NCBI RefSeq assembly: GCF_026210795.1 | Contig: NC_089435.1 | Coordinates: 3,534,001 to 3,598,000 of the forward strand | DNA: 64,000 bases | Direction of reading: 5' to 3' | DNA from: Rhizophagus irregularis | Taxonomy: Eukaryota | Part shown: in pieces, positions 49,061 to 62,718 of the stretch | Numbering within the stretch: the first letter of the stretch is position 1 | Layout of the letters: the number at the start of each line of letters is the position of its first letter | Translations under genes and position numbers: made by a program | The notes under the pieces: generated by a model | The model's database searches: none | What the model saw: only the letters and a program-made list of their open reading frames with translations | What the model was told of the DNA's origin: nothing

Positions 49061-52039
49061 ATCTGATCTACTACGCAATAATTATTGCTGGTGCATACAG
49101 TAAGTACATAGATTTAATAACTCAATAAAATTCTTGAAGCAATAATTCCTTAATCCTTGTTTTATTTTATACAATGTTTATATAAAAAAATAAATTTAGA
49201 AATTAAATAGTTAATCTGTATAAACCTGGAATTTGTCGGTTAATGAGTAATGAGTAATGATTAATGATTAATGATTGTTTTCTATCTTACGATAATGTTT
49301 GTAAACTGATTTATTAAAAATTCTCTATAGAACTTTTTTTTCTGATTTGAATTCCATGGAAGAAATATTTATGTAATAATTTCTGAATATAATCATTTAT
49401 TGCCATTTTTATCCCAATTGAATGTGTCAAAAGTCCGATAATCCGCAGTAGACTGTTCCTCAATAATCGGCCAGGTGCATATTTATGACGAAAAAAGAAA
49501 ACTAGTAGGCAAAAAGTTCAGCCAATTATCTCACAAAAATTGGTTAAAAATTTTCCAGAGGCCAGGTCGATTTTTCATATTTTTTTTTTGTATGGGAAAC
49601 CTATTTAGCCTTAGGATAACGTTTCAAAACGTTTCAAAAAATATAGTTCTACACCAAAAAATATTTCTTTTAGTTTTACGATGCTTTAACGAACATTAAA
49701 ATTAAATATATCGATATATTTAGGTTCTATTATATTTTTGAAAATTAATTAATTAACGTGATAAATTATTTGAGTGTTATTTAACTAGAACGATGTTGAC
49801 CTTAAATTGTTGTTATTTATATTAAACAAAACAATCAAATTTGAATTAAATTTGGCGAGGATGAAATAAAATAAGTATGTATTGCAAATTGAGGTGATAT
49901 GTATTCTTATTGACGGTTTGTAGTAGTCATTATATATTTTTAAATAAAATTTATCAATATACACAGTTTGCACATACTTCGATACTCGATACTTGAGAAT
50001 AGAGTTAATATATACTTTAACACTCTTTTAATATAAGGCTTTATAATACTCTAATTAGTATATAATATATTATCCCATTTAAGCGCGTCTGTCGAGTTAT
50101 GTTATTGTTTGGTCGGCATAATATTAATAATAGGATTAAAAAAAAACATTTTATTTTATTTTATTTTATTTTTTTGCTTTCTTCAATAACGTATCTTAAA
50201 TATTTATAATTTATGTATATAACTTGCAATCCTGGGTTTCATTACGGTATTGAGGATTATTATAATTGCAATTGCTTAATAATAAATGGGAAAAGTAAAG
50301 AGTAGTGACATTTGATGGACAAAAACATTTCACTAAGTGATTTTAAGAATTTATACATTTTGGTTTTAATTTGTTAATTTCGACTTCCATTGAATTATTT
50401 TTATTTTACTGGGAAAAATTTACTTTAGACGAAAATATAGAAATTTTTTTTTCGATCATTCAAGTAAAAAAATCACTAAAAGGAATATTACTAAAAATAG
50501 ATTTTTTTTTGGAAGCGAGAAAATCAATTAAAAGTTAAATACTAAATCATAAAAAAAGAATTATTGTGAATTAAGATTTGATTATGATATTAATATTTAT
50601 ATTTAGTTAATATAATTATATGTATTAGCATTACACAATCGAAAATTGACAAATAATAAAATTGATTTGAACCGCAGTATCAAAAAGATCACATGTTCCA
50701 TCTGTATTATGATCACCATGGTCAGAACGAATTGTCAACAGATTAAAAAAAAAATTTTTTGTCTTTAGTTTTTAAATTAGAAAATTTTTCATGGAGAATT
50801 TTTTTTCTTTTTTATTAGATTTTTATAAAATATAATTTTTGGTAAAGAATTCTTTTTTTTTGATGGAATTTCTTTGAGTAATTTTTTTTTTCTTGATAAA
50901 AAATTTCGTTGGAGAATTTTTTTTATTGATAGGGGAATTTCTTTTAATAGAGGAGTTTTTTTTTTATGATAGATAATTTCTTTAAAGAATTTTTAATAAG
51001 GAGATTTTTTTGATAGATAATTTCGTAGGAAAATTTTTTAACAGGAGAGATAAAAAATGATTCATTGAGGACAATATTCTCATTTTTATTTTTGATAGAG
51101 AATTTCGGTAAAGAATTCTTTTTTTAATAGGAGGGAAGGGTTTTTTGATGTTGTATAATATAGTTAATGAAAATCTATACAGTATGCAGAGTATATATAT
51201 ATATATATTTAATTGGTAACGCATTTCTTTATTAATTAAAAATTCATATATAATACAGTATAGATTATATAATTAAATAAAAGAAATACATAGAGATAAT
51301 GATACTAGTACACATATATCCCTATAACTAACTTTAATTATCTAAGAAACTTTTCCTTTTTCCTATTTTCATAGTTATTAACAGGGCAAAATTTATTATT
51401 GTAATATTTCTTTTATTATAGTATATCGGTTTATTTTTTTTTTCATTCCTTTCGTCCTTCCTTCAAAACTCACTTGTATTAATTAACTGGTTTCAATAAC
51501 AATAATCCGATAAAATAATACAAATAGAAATTTTAAAGAAGCTTCTTTCATTCCTTTACAACAAAATTTTTATTTGATATCTGGCCCTAAAAACATAGTA
51601 TTTGAAAGAAAAATCTCTTCCATATAACTCATGGTTAAACATTTTGATGATTTCATTTGTTACAAATATATGGTTCTAACAGAAATTTTACACCAAAGAT
51701 AATTAACTAATAATCGTTAATAAAAGTGATTTATTTTTCTTATGTGTCCAAAAATTCACGTAGGCACCCGGAAATGTTAAAAGTTGACAAATCATTTTAT
51801 TTTTGTGTTTAAAACTTTAAAAATACAAGAAAAAAAATTTCATTATATTAATCTCCCATCGACACATTGTGGTTGAGCATTCATGTACGATAGGAGATAT
51901 ACATAGAGTTTGGCTAGTGAGAAACAAGAAGACGATTTACGAGGAAGATACAAAGAAAGAGAAAGATAAAGAGGAGATAGATAAAGTGACGAATAGGAAA
52001 GAAAACACAAAGTCAGTTTCAAGTTTGCCTCTATAACGT

Positions 52040-53000
52040 CAAATCGAAATGAGGATGCCAATGACACCACCGGATAGAATTTACATGGAATTAGCGAATT
52101 TCACTTCAAACAAAGAAAGATTTTCATCAAAGAAATCATCAGAGAAGAAAAAGAAAATCAAGACGCCAAACGAAGAAGTAGTTGTCGATATGATCAAAAA
52201 TTTGAGAATAGAGAATAGTAAAGGAGAGAAGGAAGTAGAGATAGAAATAGGATCAGCTGTTTCAACAATCTAGAAAAATGGAATAGCAAACCTTTGAAAC
52301 GTGACAACGTAGCGACAGACGAGATTGTTGAGATCATAAAAAATTATTGAACAAATGAAAAATTCAAGTATGTTCAATTGCAAGACTCAGCAAGTGACAA
52401 GGAGGTAATGGATAAGATGTGGTTAAAAATATCTTTGACCAAACGTCCAACGAAATGGAATAGGAAAAAATTAACTTGGACGCTATAACGGAGATAAAAG
52501 AAGAGCGGAAGATAAAGACGGGTGACGAAGTCAGGGCTTGGGCAATAGAAGAGAATAATTTTCTCCTGTTGGGGAAAAAAATCATCAGGTGGAACAAAAT
52601 AAAATTCTATTAGAATATACAACGCTAAATAATGATTTTAAACAAAGGTTGAAGGACGAAAATAGATACCAAGATGAAAAAGAAGTTGAAGACAAAAGGC
52701 CAATTTTGGAATCACCATCTCCATCAACTCGAAAGACTTGGTTCTTAGAAGAAATTAACAATGACCTGGAAAAAAGGAAACCCTATAAGAAAGATATAGA
52801 AGCGATGGGTTTTACGTCATCACCATCACTGGGTGCAGATAAAGATAAAGATAGTGAGGAAGGAAAGAAGAAAGACAAGGAAGAGCTAGCCAAAAAGAAA
52901 AAGAAGAAGAACAAAAAGAAACGAGGATAACAAGAATTTATTTTATTACTAAAAGAGTGTTGGAACCCAGACTATTACAAATAAAAGAAGAAAGAGTTCG
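52040..53000 (+). pseudogene. Degenerate K/E-rich coding remnant, probably repeat-derived
   Basis: Several broken purine-rich ORFs; no recognisable domain. Confidence 0.35.
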
Positions 53001-53299
53001 AAAAGACTTAAAACTAATATGTGTGTATAGACCTTTGTTCTTCATCCCCTACGGGACCCCACTCTTCGATCTGTACTATTTGATAAAGTAGGACTACGCT
53101 AATAAATCAAATCAATCATTAATATAAAAAAAAATGATCCGTATTTTTCTTTCAACCCAAGGGTTGCCAACCATAAATACTGTCATAGTTGGATTGATTC
53201 ACACTATTCTAAATTGTTTGTTTGTTAAAATAACCTGGTACGAATATGTACTATATACTTATAAGAAAAGAAACTATATAAAGGGGTAATTTTGACTCA

Positions 53300-55341
53300 A
53301 AAATGGTACTTGGCGTGAAAGCTACGTAAATGATTGAACGTTGAAGGACCTGCTCCTGATGAGTCATCAGCTTCTGCAGGTGGGTTTAGCCTTCGTTTGT
53401 ATTCATTCTCTTAACTGGTAAAAAAATTGTTAGGAACCATCGTAGGGTTACGTTTGTTAGGGCGACGTTCAAGTTCCTTGGTGTTATCGGAAAGTTCTGA
53501 TTGTGGTATACAACATTTACCGTAAGTACTGGCTATATAATTCTCATTAAATACCTTGAGTTCATGATCGATATAGGCACGGTGGTCCCTATCAGATCCA
53601 AATTGTCATAAATCAGACGTGAATTTTTTCATATTATAATCAAACTCATTAGACTTGTTAACAAGTCGATTAACTTCACTAGATTGATCCATGAATCGTG
53701 GAAAAGATGTTCCAAAAGTTTTATTGATCCTTTCATGGGTCTCTTCCCTTTTGCGTTGGTTTGTAGTGATAAGATCTTGTTCTGCATAATATTCACTTTG
53801 AGTTACTTGACGCGTAAGAATAGGTATCGGTATAGTACCTGATTGATGTAAATTATACATATAAGTAAACCATTCTCTTGATCCTGGAATGATAAAATTC
53901 CCTTTATTGTTATAGATCAGATCTTTAGGTATGATATTCCTATATTTATGCGGAATAAACATATCTGGATATGGCCAATATGGTGCAACCGTGTGAAAGA
54001 CTTTCGGTGAGTACTCATTCGTAAACGTCGCGCTTGATATTAACTTCTTTTGATTATTGTGCTGATCAATACGGTAAGGAGTGACAAAGCCGTAATTTGG
54101 ATGGTCTAAACCATGAGTATATTTTAAATGTTTGATCGGTTTGTTAATATATTGTGATGGGAGAAATAAGAATCTGTAGCGTCGCGCTGTGTTTAATTGA
54201 TGATGAGGTGTATTACGTCAATTATGTTCAGGTTTATTGAAGATACATCTACAAATGCGTGCGAACTGAATTTCTTGTCATTTTTTTGTTTTGTCATTAT
54301 CACTATATTTGGGTGAGAAATTATCTAAACGTTTCTCATACATGTGTATATTGTTGAATTTAAGTACTGAGCTAACATTGCGAGCATGATAGGATGAATC
54401 ATAGGAAATGCCCAATTCATTTGAATAAATTTTCTTCTTTACTCGATTATTCTATCTTTGGTGTAATAGGTTTCCATGTGATTGTTTAGAATTTACAACA
54501 CCACTAGCACTAATTGTTCTAGTATTATTATTATCAGTTCTAACATTGTGATATAAATTTGATTTAAAGAATGCGTGTTGATGCATAACGCATGCTCGTC
54601 TACAGTTTAACATAACAAAAGGTGCAGGAACCATACAACGACTTGGACGTGAACCTATTCCAGAAGTGGTTGATGATTGGCAACAGGGGATATATAGTCC
54701 TAAATAAAAATGATATTTCTTATATGTAAAATTAAAAAAAGTACGAGTATGAATATTACGTGTCTTGTGAGTATTAGCACGTGATCCAATGATCTCTTTT
54801 CGAGCCAATAATTTATCTTGAATAAAGTTAAAATATTTTTGTTGAATACGTCATGGAATAACTCTTTGTGAGGAAAAAAAATGCGTGAGCATACAGCTTA
54901 TTCTGTATTTGTCATTTGGCATTGTGCTTGTGTTATAATAACTTATTGGAGAATTTTTCACATGGTAATCATTTGTGTAAATCGTTAGATTAATTTCATT
55001 GGTGTCGAGAGGAAGATCATTTAACTCAAAGAAGTAACATCTTGATCGTCTGATTTCATAGATCTTGTTATATCCTGCCTGATTCGGTTAGTCACGTGAA
55101 ATTTTGAAAAAGAGATTTTCAAAGGTTTTTTATTCTCAAGCGTGCGAGAAGGAATTTTACGAGGGTTATTAGTCGAGTACGGGTGTAGGTACTTGGGAGT
55201 AGCAGTCGGAAGTATGCTGTTATGTGCGTTATTATCACTATTTCTGTGGTTAGTAGTTGTAGAGACTGTATTACTATTTGTAAAGTGTGGGTACAAACTA
55301 GGGACGTTAAAGTCTATGTGTATAAAGTTAGAAGAGGTCAT
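53300..55341 (-). pseudogene. Degenerate ~2-kb ORF of unknown function, probably repeat-associated
   Basis: Collinear minus-strand ORF pieces (HTRTFFNFTYKKYHFYLGLYIPC; IPHKYRNIIP..IIPGSREWFTYMY) broken by stops. Confidence 0.55.
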
Positions 55342-56048
55342 AATCCGTGAGTATAGGATATAGGTACAAACAAAGAAAACCTCGTCTTATGCCCGAGGCG
55401 CCCTCACTGGACCTCTTCCCCTTTAGTTTTCAATAGAAAACTTGAAGAAAAACGAACCAAAGCAAAATTGCTATATTTACTGCGGAAAATTAATAAAATT
55501 GGAAAAAAGGGGAAAGAGTTTTTTTTTTTCTTTTTTTACGAGGACAACAAGAAGGAATGACCAACGAATTTTCAATATTTATTAATCGAAGTCACGTGAT
55601 TCCACGTTAAAAATATTCCGATAACAAAGGGAAAATAAATAGTTAATTCATTTTTAAATTTCTTTTTTTTAATTTCGATTAGGATAGAACATAAAGTTTA
55701 GGATATAGTAGAGATTAAATTAGATTTGTAACTATAGATTAAGAGATATATCTTAGTTTAATCTGATATTCTTTGCAATTTATGTCTTGAATAGCCTTTT
55801 ATCCAAATAATTTTAGATTAGTTAGGTCTGGATTGGTAGGTTAGAGCATAGGAAGGGTATAGTATTTATTTTTATTATTTTTTGTAATGTGTCTTTTAGT
55901 GCTAAAGAATACTCTGTTATAGGTTGTCACCTGATTTGCACGGATGGCTCTAAGTGTCTTAATTTGTTGGGAGCGATTTATGTATCAAACAGAATATAAA
56001 AATTTGATAGATCTTCGTCATTTAATTTGAGTAATAAATCACGGTATA

Positions 56049-56211
56049 CAGTCAACCCTATATGATCACACCCTTCGGGACTAAAAAAATTGGTGAAATA
56101 CTATATGAAATGATGTGACTAAAGAGGGGTTTTTTTAATAAGCTCACTAGTAACTTAAGTCAATATAAATGTGATGTGACTATATCTGGGTGACTATGAA
56201 GGGGCCAACTG
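56049..56211. mobile_element. Tc1/pogo-like MITE
   Basis: (ta)cagtcaaccctatatgatcacaccc ... gggtgactatgaaggggccaactg(ta). Confidence 0.65.
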
Positions 56212-56479
56212 TAAATCAAATTCGAAGATCAATGTTCATCCTACTTTTAATCTAATTAAACTTGTAAATTCTATGTAATATGTAATTTCAGAAGCTTTGC
56301 AATTAGTATGCAAGGTTTAATCATTAAATAACTCTGCAACTGTAAAAAGTATGTTAAATGTCTAATGAAATTAGACAAACAATTTTATTTTAATGACAAT
56401 TATAAAAATGATCCAATTACAAACCAACTTTATTTAAATAAAATAAGGTAACCATAGATTAAAAAAAAATAAAAATATA

Positions 56480-59400
56480 TTAATTTTCAATTATACATTC
56501 CACACACTCAGAATCTTCTTTAACTAAGATTTCAGTAAGTTTGCGACTTGTATAATATGCTTGTGAATGATGTTGTATAATAGAAGTACCTGCTTGTCCT
56601 TGTACTAAAACTTTGTTTGCTTCTACAAATTCCAACATATCATTTTTTAACTGTTTATCAATATTAGGTACTTCATATTCATAATTATCATCCCTGTTTG
56701 TCTCATAAAATTTATTAATACTTCTAACCCATTCAGATATGATATTTTCAAGCATTATTATGTTTGGTCTATTAGAAGGATTTGTATCCCAACATTTTTT
56801 CATTAAATCTACATAACATTTTGGAGTATTTTTTATAATTTCAGGACGTTCCCCTTCACAAATACTCAGGGTAAGGTGATAATCATGTGCTTTACGATTA
56901 AATGGAGGAATACCTGATGTAAATTCCCACATTATCATTGAAAGGCTATAAATATCACTTGCTGAAGTATAGGGTTTTTTTCTTAATATTTCAGGCGCCA
57001 TATAAGGCAAAACTCCATAAACTTCATTTAATTTACTATCAGAATCTTGTAAATCATTTATAGGTTTACATAATCCTAAATCAATAATAAATATCTCATT
57101 GTTATCTGACATTAAAATATTACCATCATGAAAATCACCATGAGTTAAATTTGATTCATGAATTACTTTAAGTCCTAGTATAATTCTTTTTAATAATTGT
57201 AACTTTTCTTGCCACTTAAATTTAATTATATCAGATAAACATTTTCTCAAACTTCCTTTTCTTGCATAACTCATTATTATTATATAATTTAAATTTTTTG
57301 GATCTTGGGTAATTCCAAAGAATTGAATAAATCTTGAAAATGATTTTTTCTGACAATTATAATGATATTTCCACTATATAATCGATAAAAAATTATTAAA
57401 TTTTTGCAAAAGAAAATAAATATACAATTAAATAATATAAGTACTATACCTCATCCAGAAATTTGCTATTTAAACTTGATGAATTATTAAGTGTTTTAAG
57501 AATAACTTCATAACCTGTTTGTCTATTCCATTGTTCTTTGTCAAAATTCCAACCAAAAATAGGTCCATCTGACCAGATAGCCTTATAAATTTCACTAAAC
57601 CCTCCTTTATTATAATGATTAATTTCTGATAATTTATTATAAGGTATCCACTCTAAAATTTCATAACTATTTTTAGCATTTAGTTGTGCCTCTTGAATAA
57701 ATTTATCAATAAATTCATTTTTACTAGTCCACTTTGAAAAATCTTGTTGAAATCGTTTAGTATTACATTGTTGACACCACTGATAATCAGTATATGGTTG
57801 TTTGCATTCACTGCATAATTCAGATTTATTTCTAGGACTTATTTTGTTACTTTCTACCACTTTTTGATGCCAATAAAATGCTTTTTCTAAATTTATTTCT
57901 GTTCCTTTTCCTTTTTCATAACATATGGCTAAATTATACATTGCTTTAATGTGACCATTAACTGCTGCTTTTTGATACCAATGAAAGGTTTTTTCTAAAT
58001 TCTTTTCTGTTCCTTCTCCATTACAATATCTATTGGCTAAATTAAACATTGCTTCTTTAACACCATTTTCCGCTGCTTTTTGATACCAATGAAAAGCTTT
58101 TTCTAAATTCTTTTCTGTTCCTTTTCTATTATAATATCTATTGGCTAAATTAAACATTGCTTTAACATGATCATTTTCTGCTGCTTTTTTATACCAATAA
58201 AAGGCTTTTTTAAAATTCTTTTCTGTTCCTTTTCCATTATAATATTTATTGGCTAAATTAAACATTGCTTCTTTATCACCATTTTCTGCTGCTTTTGATG
58301 CCAATAAAAGGCTTTTTCTAAATTCTTTTCTGTCCTTTCTCCATTTTCATAATAAATGGCTAAATTAAACATTGCTTCTTTATAGTCATTTTCCGCTGCT
58401 TTCTGATACCAACAAAAGGCTTTTTCTAAATTCTTTTCTGTTCCTTCTCCACTTTCATAAAATATGGCTAAATTAAACATTGCTTTAATATGACCATTTT
58501 CTGCTGCTTTTTGATACCAATGAAAGGCTTTTTCTAAATTCTTTCCTGTTCCTTCTCCATTATTATAACATGTGGCTAAATTGAACATTGCTTTTTCATC
58601 ACTACTTTCTGCTGCATTTTGATACCAATAAAAGGCTTTTTCTAAATTTTTTTCTGTTCCTTTTCCATCTTCATAAAATATAGCTAAATTATACATTGCT
58701 TCTTTAGCACCATTATCTGCTAACTTTTGATACCAATGAAAGGCCTTTTCTAAATTCTTTTCTATTCCTATTCCACTATAATAATACATGGCTAAATTAA
58801 ACATTGCTTCTTTAAAGTCATTTTCTGCTGCTTTTTGACACCAAAAAAAGGCTTTCTCTAAATTTTTTTCTGTTCCTTTTTTATTATAATAACATATTGC
58901 CAAATTAAACATTGCATTAATATGACCATTTTCTGCTGCTTTTTGATACCAAAAAAAGGCTTTTTCTAAATTTTTTTCTGTTACTTCTCCATTTTCATAA
59001 AATATGGATAAATCAAACATTGCTTCTTTAATACCATTTTCTGCTGCTTTTTGATACCAATGAAAGGCTTTTTCTAAATTCTTTTCTGTTCCTTCTCCAT
59101 TATAATAGCTATTGGCTAAACTATACATTGCTTTAACATGATCATTTACTGCTGCTTTTTTATACCAGTGAAAGGCTTTTTCTAAATTCTTTTCTGTTCC
59201 TTCTCCATTATAATAGCTATTGGCTAAATTAAACATTGCTTCTTTAATACCATTTTCTGCTGCTTTTTGATACCAATAAAAGGCTTTTTCTAAATTCTTT
59301 TCTGTTCCTTCTCCATTATAATAACTATTGGCTAAATTAAGCATTGCGTTTTTATCTCCATTTTTTGTTGCTTTTTGATACCAATAAAAGGCTTTTTCTA

Positions 59401-61342
59401 AATTTTTTTCTATTCCTTCTCCATTAAAATAGCTATTGGCTAAATTAGTCATTGCTTTTTCATTACCATTCTTTGCTGCTTTTTTATACCAATAAAAGGC
59501 TTTTTCTGAATTCTTTTCTGTTCCTTCTCCACTTTTATAAAATATAGCTAAATTAAACATTGCTTCTTTATAGTTATTTTTTGCTGCTTTTTGACACCAA
59601 TAAAAGGCTTTTTCTAAATTCTCTTCTGTTCCTTCCCCACTTTTATAAAATATGGTTAAATTAAATATTGCTTCTTTAATACCATTTTCTGCTGCTTTTT
59701 GATACCAAAAAAAGGCTTTTTCCAAATTCTTTTCTGTTCCTTGCCCATTATAATAACTATTTGCTAAATTATACATTGCTTTAATATAATCATTTTCTGC
59801 TGCTTTTTTATACCAATGAAAGGCTTTTTCCAAATTCTTTTCTGTTCCTTTTCCATTATAATAGCTATTGGCTAAATTAAACATTGCCTTTTTATCACCA
59901 TTCTCTGCTGCTTTTTGATGCCAATAAAAGGCTTTTTCTAAATTCTTTTCTGTTCCTTCTCCATTATTATAACATATGGCCAAATTGAATATTGCTTCTT
60001 CATTATCATTTTCTGCTGCTTTTTGATACCAATAAAATGCTTTTTCTAAATTTTTTTCTGTTCCTTCTCCATTTTCATAAAATATGGCTAAACTATTCAT
60101 TGCTTTTTCATTACCATCCTCTGCTGCATTTTGATACCAATAAAAGGCTTTTTCTAAATTCTTTTCTGTTCCTTCTCCATTTTCATAAAATATGGCTAAA
60201 TTGAACATTGCTTCTTCATCACCATTTTCTGCTGCTTTTTTATACCAATAAAATGCTTTTTCTAAATTCTTTTCTGTTTTTTCCTCATTCTCATAAGATA
60301 TGGCTAAACTGCTCATTGCTTTTTTATTACCATTTTCTGCTGCTTTTTTATACCAATGAAAGGCTTTTTCTAAATTCTTTTCTGTTCCTTCTCCATTATT
60401 ATAACATATAGCTAAATTGAACATTGCTTTAATATGACCATTTTCTGCTGCTTTTTGATACCAATGAAAGGCTTTTTCTAAATTCTTTTCTGTTTCTTCT
60501 CCACTATAATAGATATTGGCTAAATTATACATTGCTTTAATATGACCATTTACTGCTGCATTTAGATACCAATAAAAAGCTTTTTCTAAATTCTTTTCTG
60601 TTTCTTCTCCATTATAATAGCTAATGGCTAAATTAAACATTGCTTCTTCATTACCATTTTCTGCTGCTTTTTGATACCAATAAAAGGCTTTTTCTGAATT
60701 CTTTTCTGTTCCTTCTCCATTTTTATAATTATTGGCTAGATTAAATATTGCTTCTTTAAACCCATTTTCTGCTGCTTTTTGATACCAATAAAAGGCTTTT
60801 TCCAAATTCTCTTCTGTTCCTTCTCCATTATAATAGCTAATGGCTAAATTAAATATTGCATAAATATGACCATTTTCTGCTGCCTTTTGATACCAATAAA
60901 AGCCTTTTTCTAAATTCTTTTCTGTTCCTTTTCCAGTTCTGTAATTATTGGCTAAATTAAACATTGCATCAGTATCACCATTTTCTGCTGCTTTTTGATA
61001 CCAATAAAAGCCTTTTTCTAAATTCTTTTCTGTTCCTTCTCCATTATTATAACATATTGCTAAACTGAACATTGCTTCTTCATCACCATTTTCTGCTGCT
61101 TTTTGATACCAATAATAGGCTTTTTCTAAGTTCTTTTCTGTTCCTTCTCCATTTTTATAATTATTTGCCAAACTAAACATTGTTACTTTATCACCAATTT
61201 CTACTAATTTTTCTAAAGAATTAGTATATTCCTTACACCATAATTCTTCAGTAAGAGGTTTATTGCAATATGAACAATTTTTCGTATTTATATTATCAGT
61301 ATTTTTATTTGAGATATTAGATTTACTAAATTTAGTTTCCAT
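56480..61342 (-). CDS. Sel1-repeat (~30 units) + tyrosine-kinase-like kinase fusion, with a 1-nt frameshift
   Basis: 108-bp repeats encoding AMFNLAxxYxNGEGTEKNLEKAFYWYQKAAENG; frameshift at 58293-58296; intron 57449-57374; kinase motifs KGGFS, VILK, HGDFHDGN, DLG, APE. Confidence 0.88.
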
Positions 61343-62389
61343 TTGGCTATTTTAAGGATTTATTTTATTGAAAAAATTTTTTATTTTTTTTTTATAATTT
61401 TTTTTGACAATTTATTTTTATTTAATATCATGAAAATTTTTTATAATACTTGAAATAACGTAGTTGGATAATTATGCTACGCTTCAATTTTTTTTAAAGG
61501 GCTAAGAACCTAATAACCCTGATTGTTTTTTTGTGACTAAAGAAAATTATTATTATTTTATCTTTTATTTCACTAACGTAAGGAGGGTTGGTCAAACAAA
61601 AAAATATTCGGAAACGATACTTTCATAGGTTTTAATATATTTTTTTTATTATTATTCCGGATTGTAACGAAAGGCTAGTTTCACAAAATTTTTGTGTTTT
61701 TATGATTAGTTACATTAGTTACATTTGTGCTTACCGTTCCAAATTTTGCAGATCATCGGAATTCTGCAGATCAACGGATATCTATATTTTTTTAGTATCA
61801 ATCAAGACATGAAGAGCAAAATATGATGACATATATATCATTAAAATTATATAAGCAATGTCTTTCTTCCATCTTTATGGCCTTCAGGCCTGAAATAAAT
61901 ATCTTTCCGGAATTCTATTTTCAAAAAACTTATTCATTTTTTGTGCTACATGATTGACATCAATTTCATCCATTTTGAAAATATTACTAAGCTTATGTAA
62001 TACTTACATAAGTTTAAATTGTGTTATATAAATTTTCTTTTTGGAATTCTAGTTTAAAAATATCATGAATTAATCACTAATTTAACCAAAAGTAGAAATT
62101 AGGCTGGATTATCTTGCCATACCATCCTTGCAGGTCATTTTGATCGGCAGTCTGCTTTTGTTTTTAGATTTGAACAAGTTGCAAGAGAGAGATCTTATTT
62201 AATACAAAACTATAGTCCCCGGGCGAAAGCAATGGCGGTGTGAATGAAATCTCATTTTTAAGTAATAGCACGAGCATTTTCCCAATTTGGAATTATTAAT
62301 TGTTTCCAAATTGGTAAATAGGCTTTACATTTAAAATCAAACGAGAAAAAAATAATATACAATAAATTTTTTCTGTTTTTTCTTTTAAA

Positions 62390-62718
62390 ATGGCATTAAC
62401 CACCATTGAAAAAAACAGAAATGTCGTTAAACTTCTTTGGCAGCAAAAAAGCTGAAATGCAAGGGAAATTTCACAAAGAACAGGAGTTCCCTTACGCTCC
62501 GGTGAACGGTACGTTAGTTCATTAAAAAAAAGTGTCAAAGTTATTAGGTTATCTGTCTGGTCGACCGTACCACTACAGCTGGTGAAACGAAGGCACAACT
62601 TGAGGAAAAAAATCCAGAGCTTGAGGTTAGCGAACGTACCATTTGTCGTGAGCTTAAAAACCTTTGGTTTTGTATCCATTCGTTCCAGGAGGGTTTCTCT
62701 TTTGACACAAAAAGCAGT
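62390..62718 (+). mobile_element. Tc1-like transposase N-terminal remnant
   Basis: MALTTIEKNRNVVKLLWQ..AREISQRTGVPLRS..GRP..VSERTICRELKNL, a paired-like HTH with a stop and frameshifts. Confidence 0.75.
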
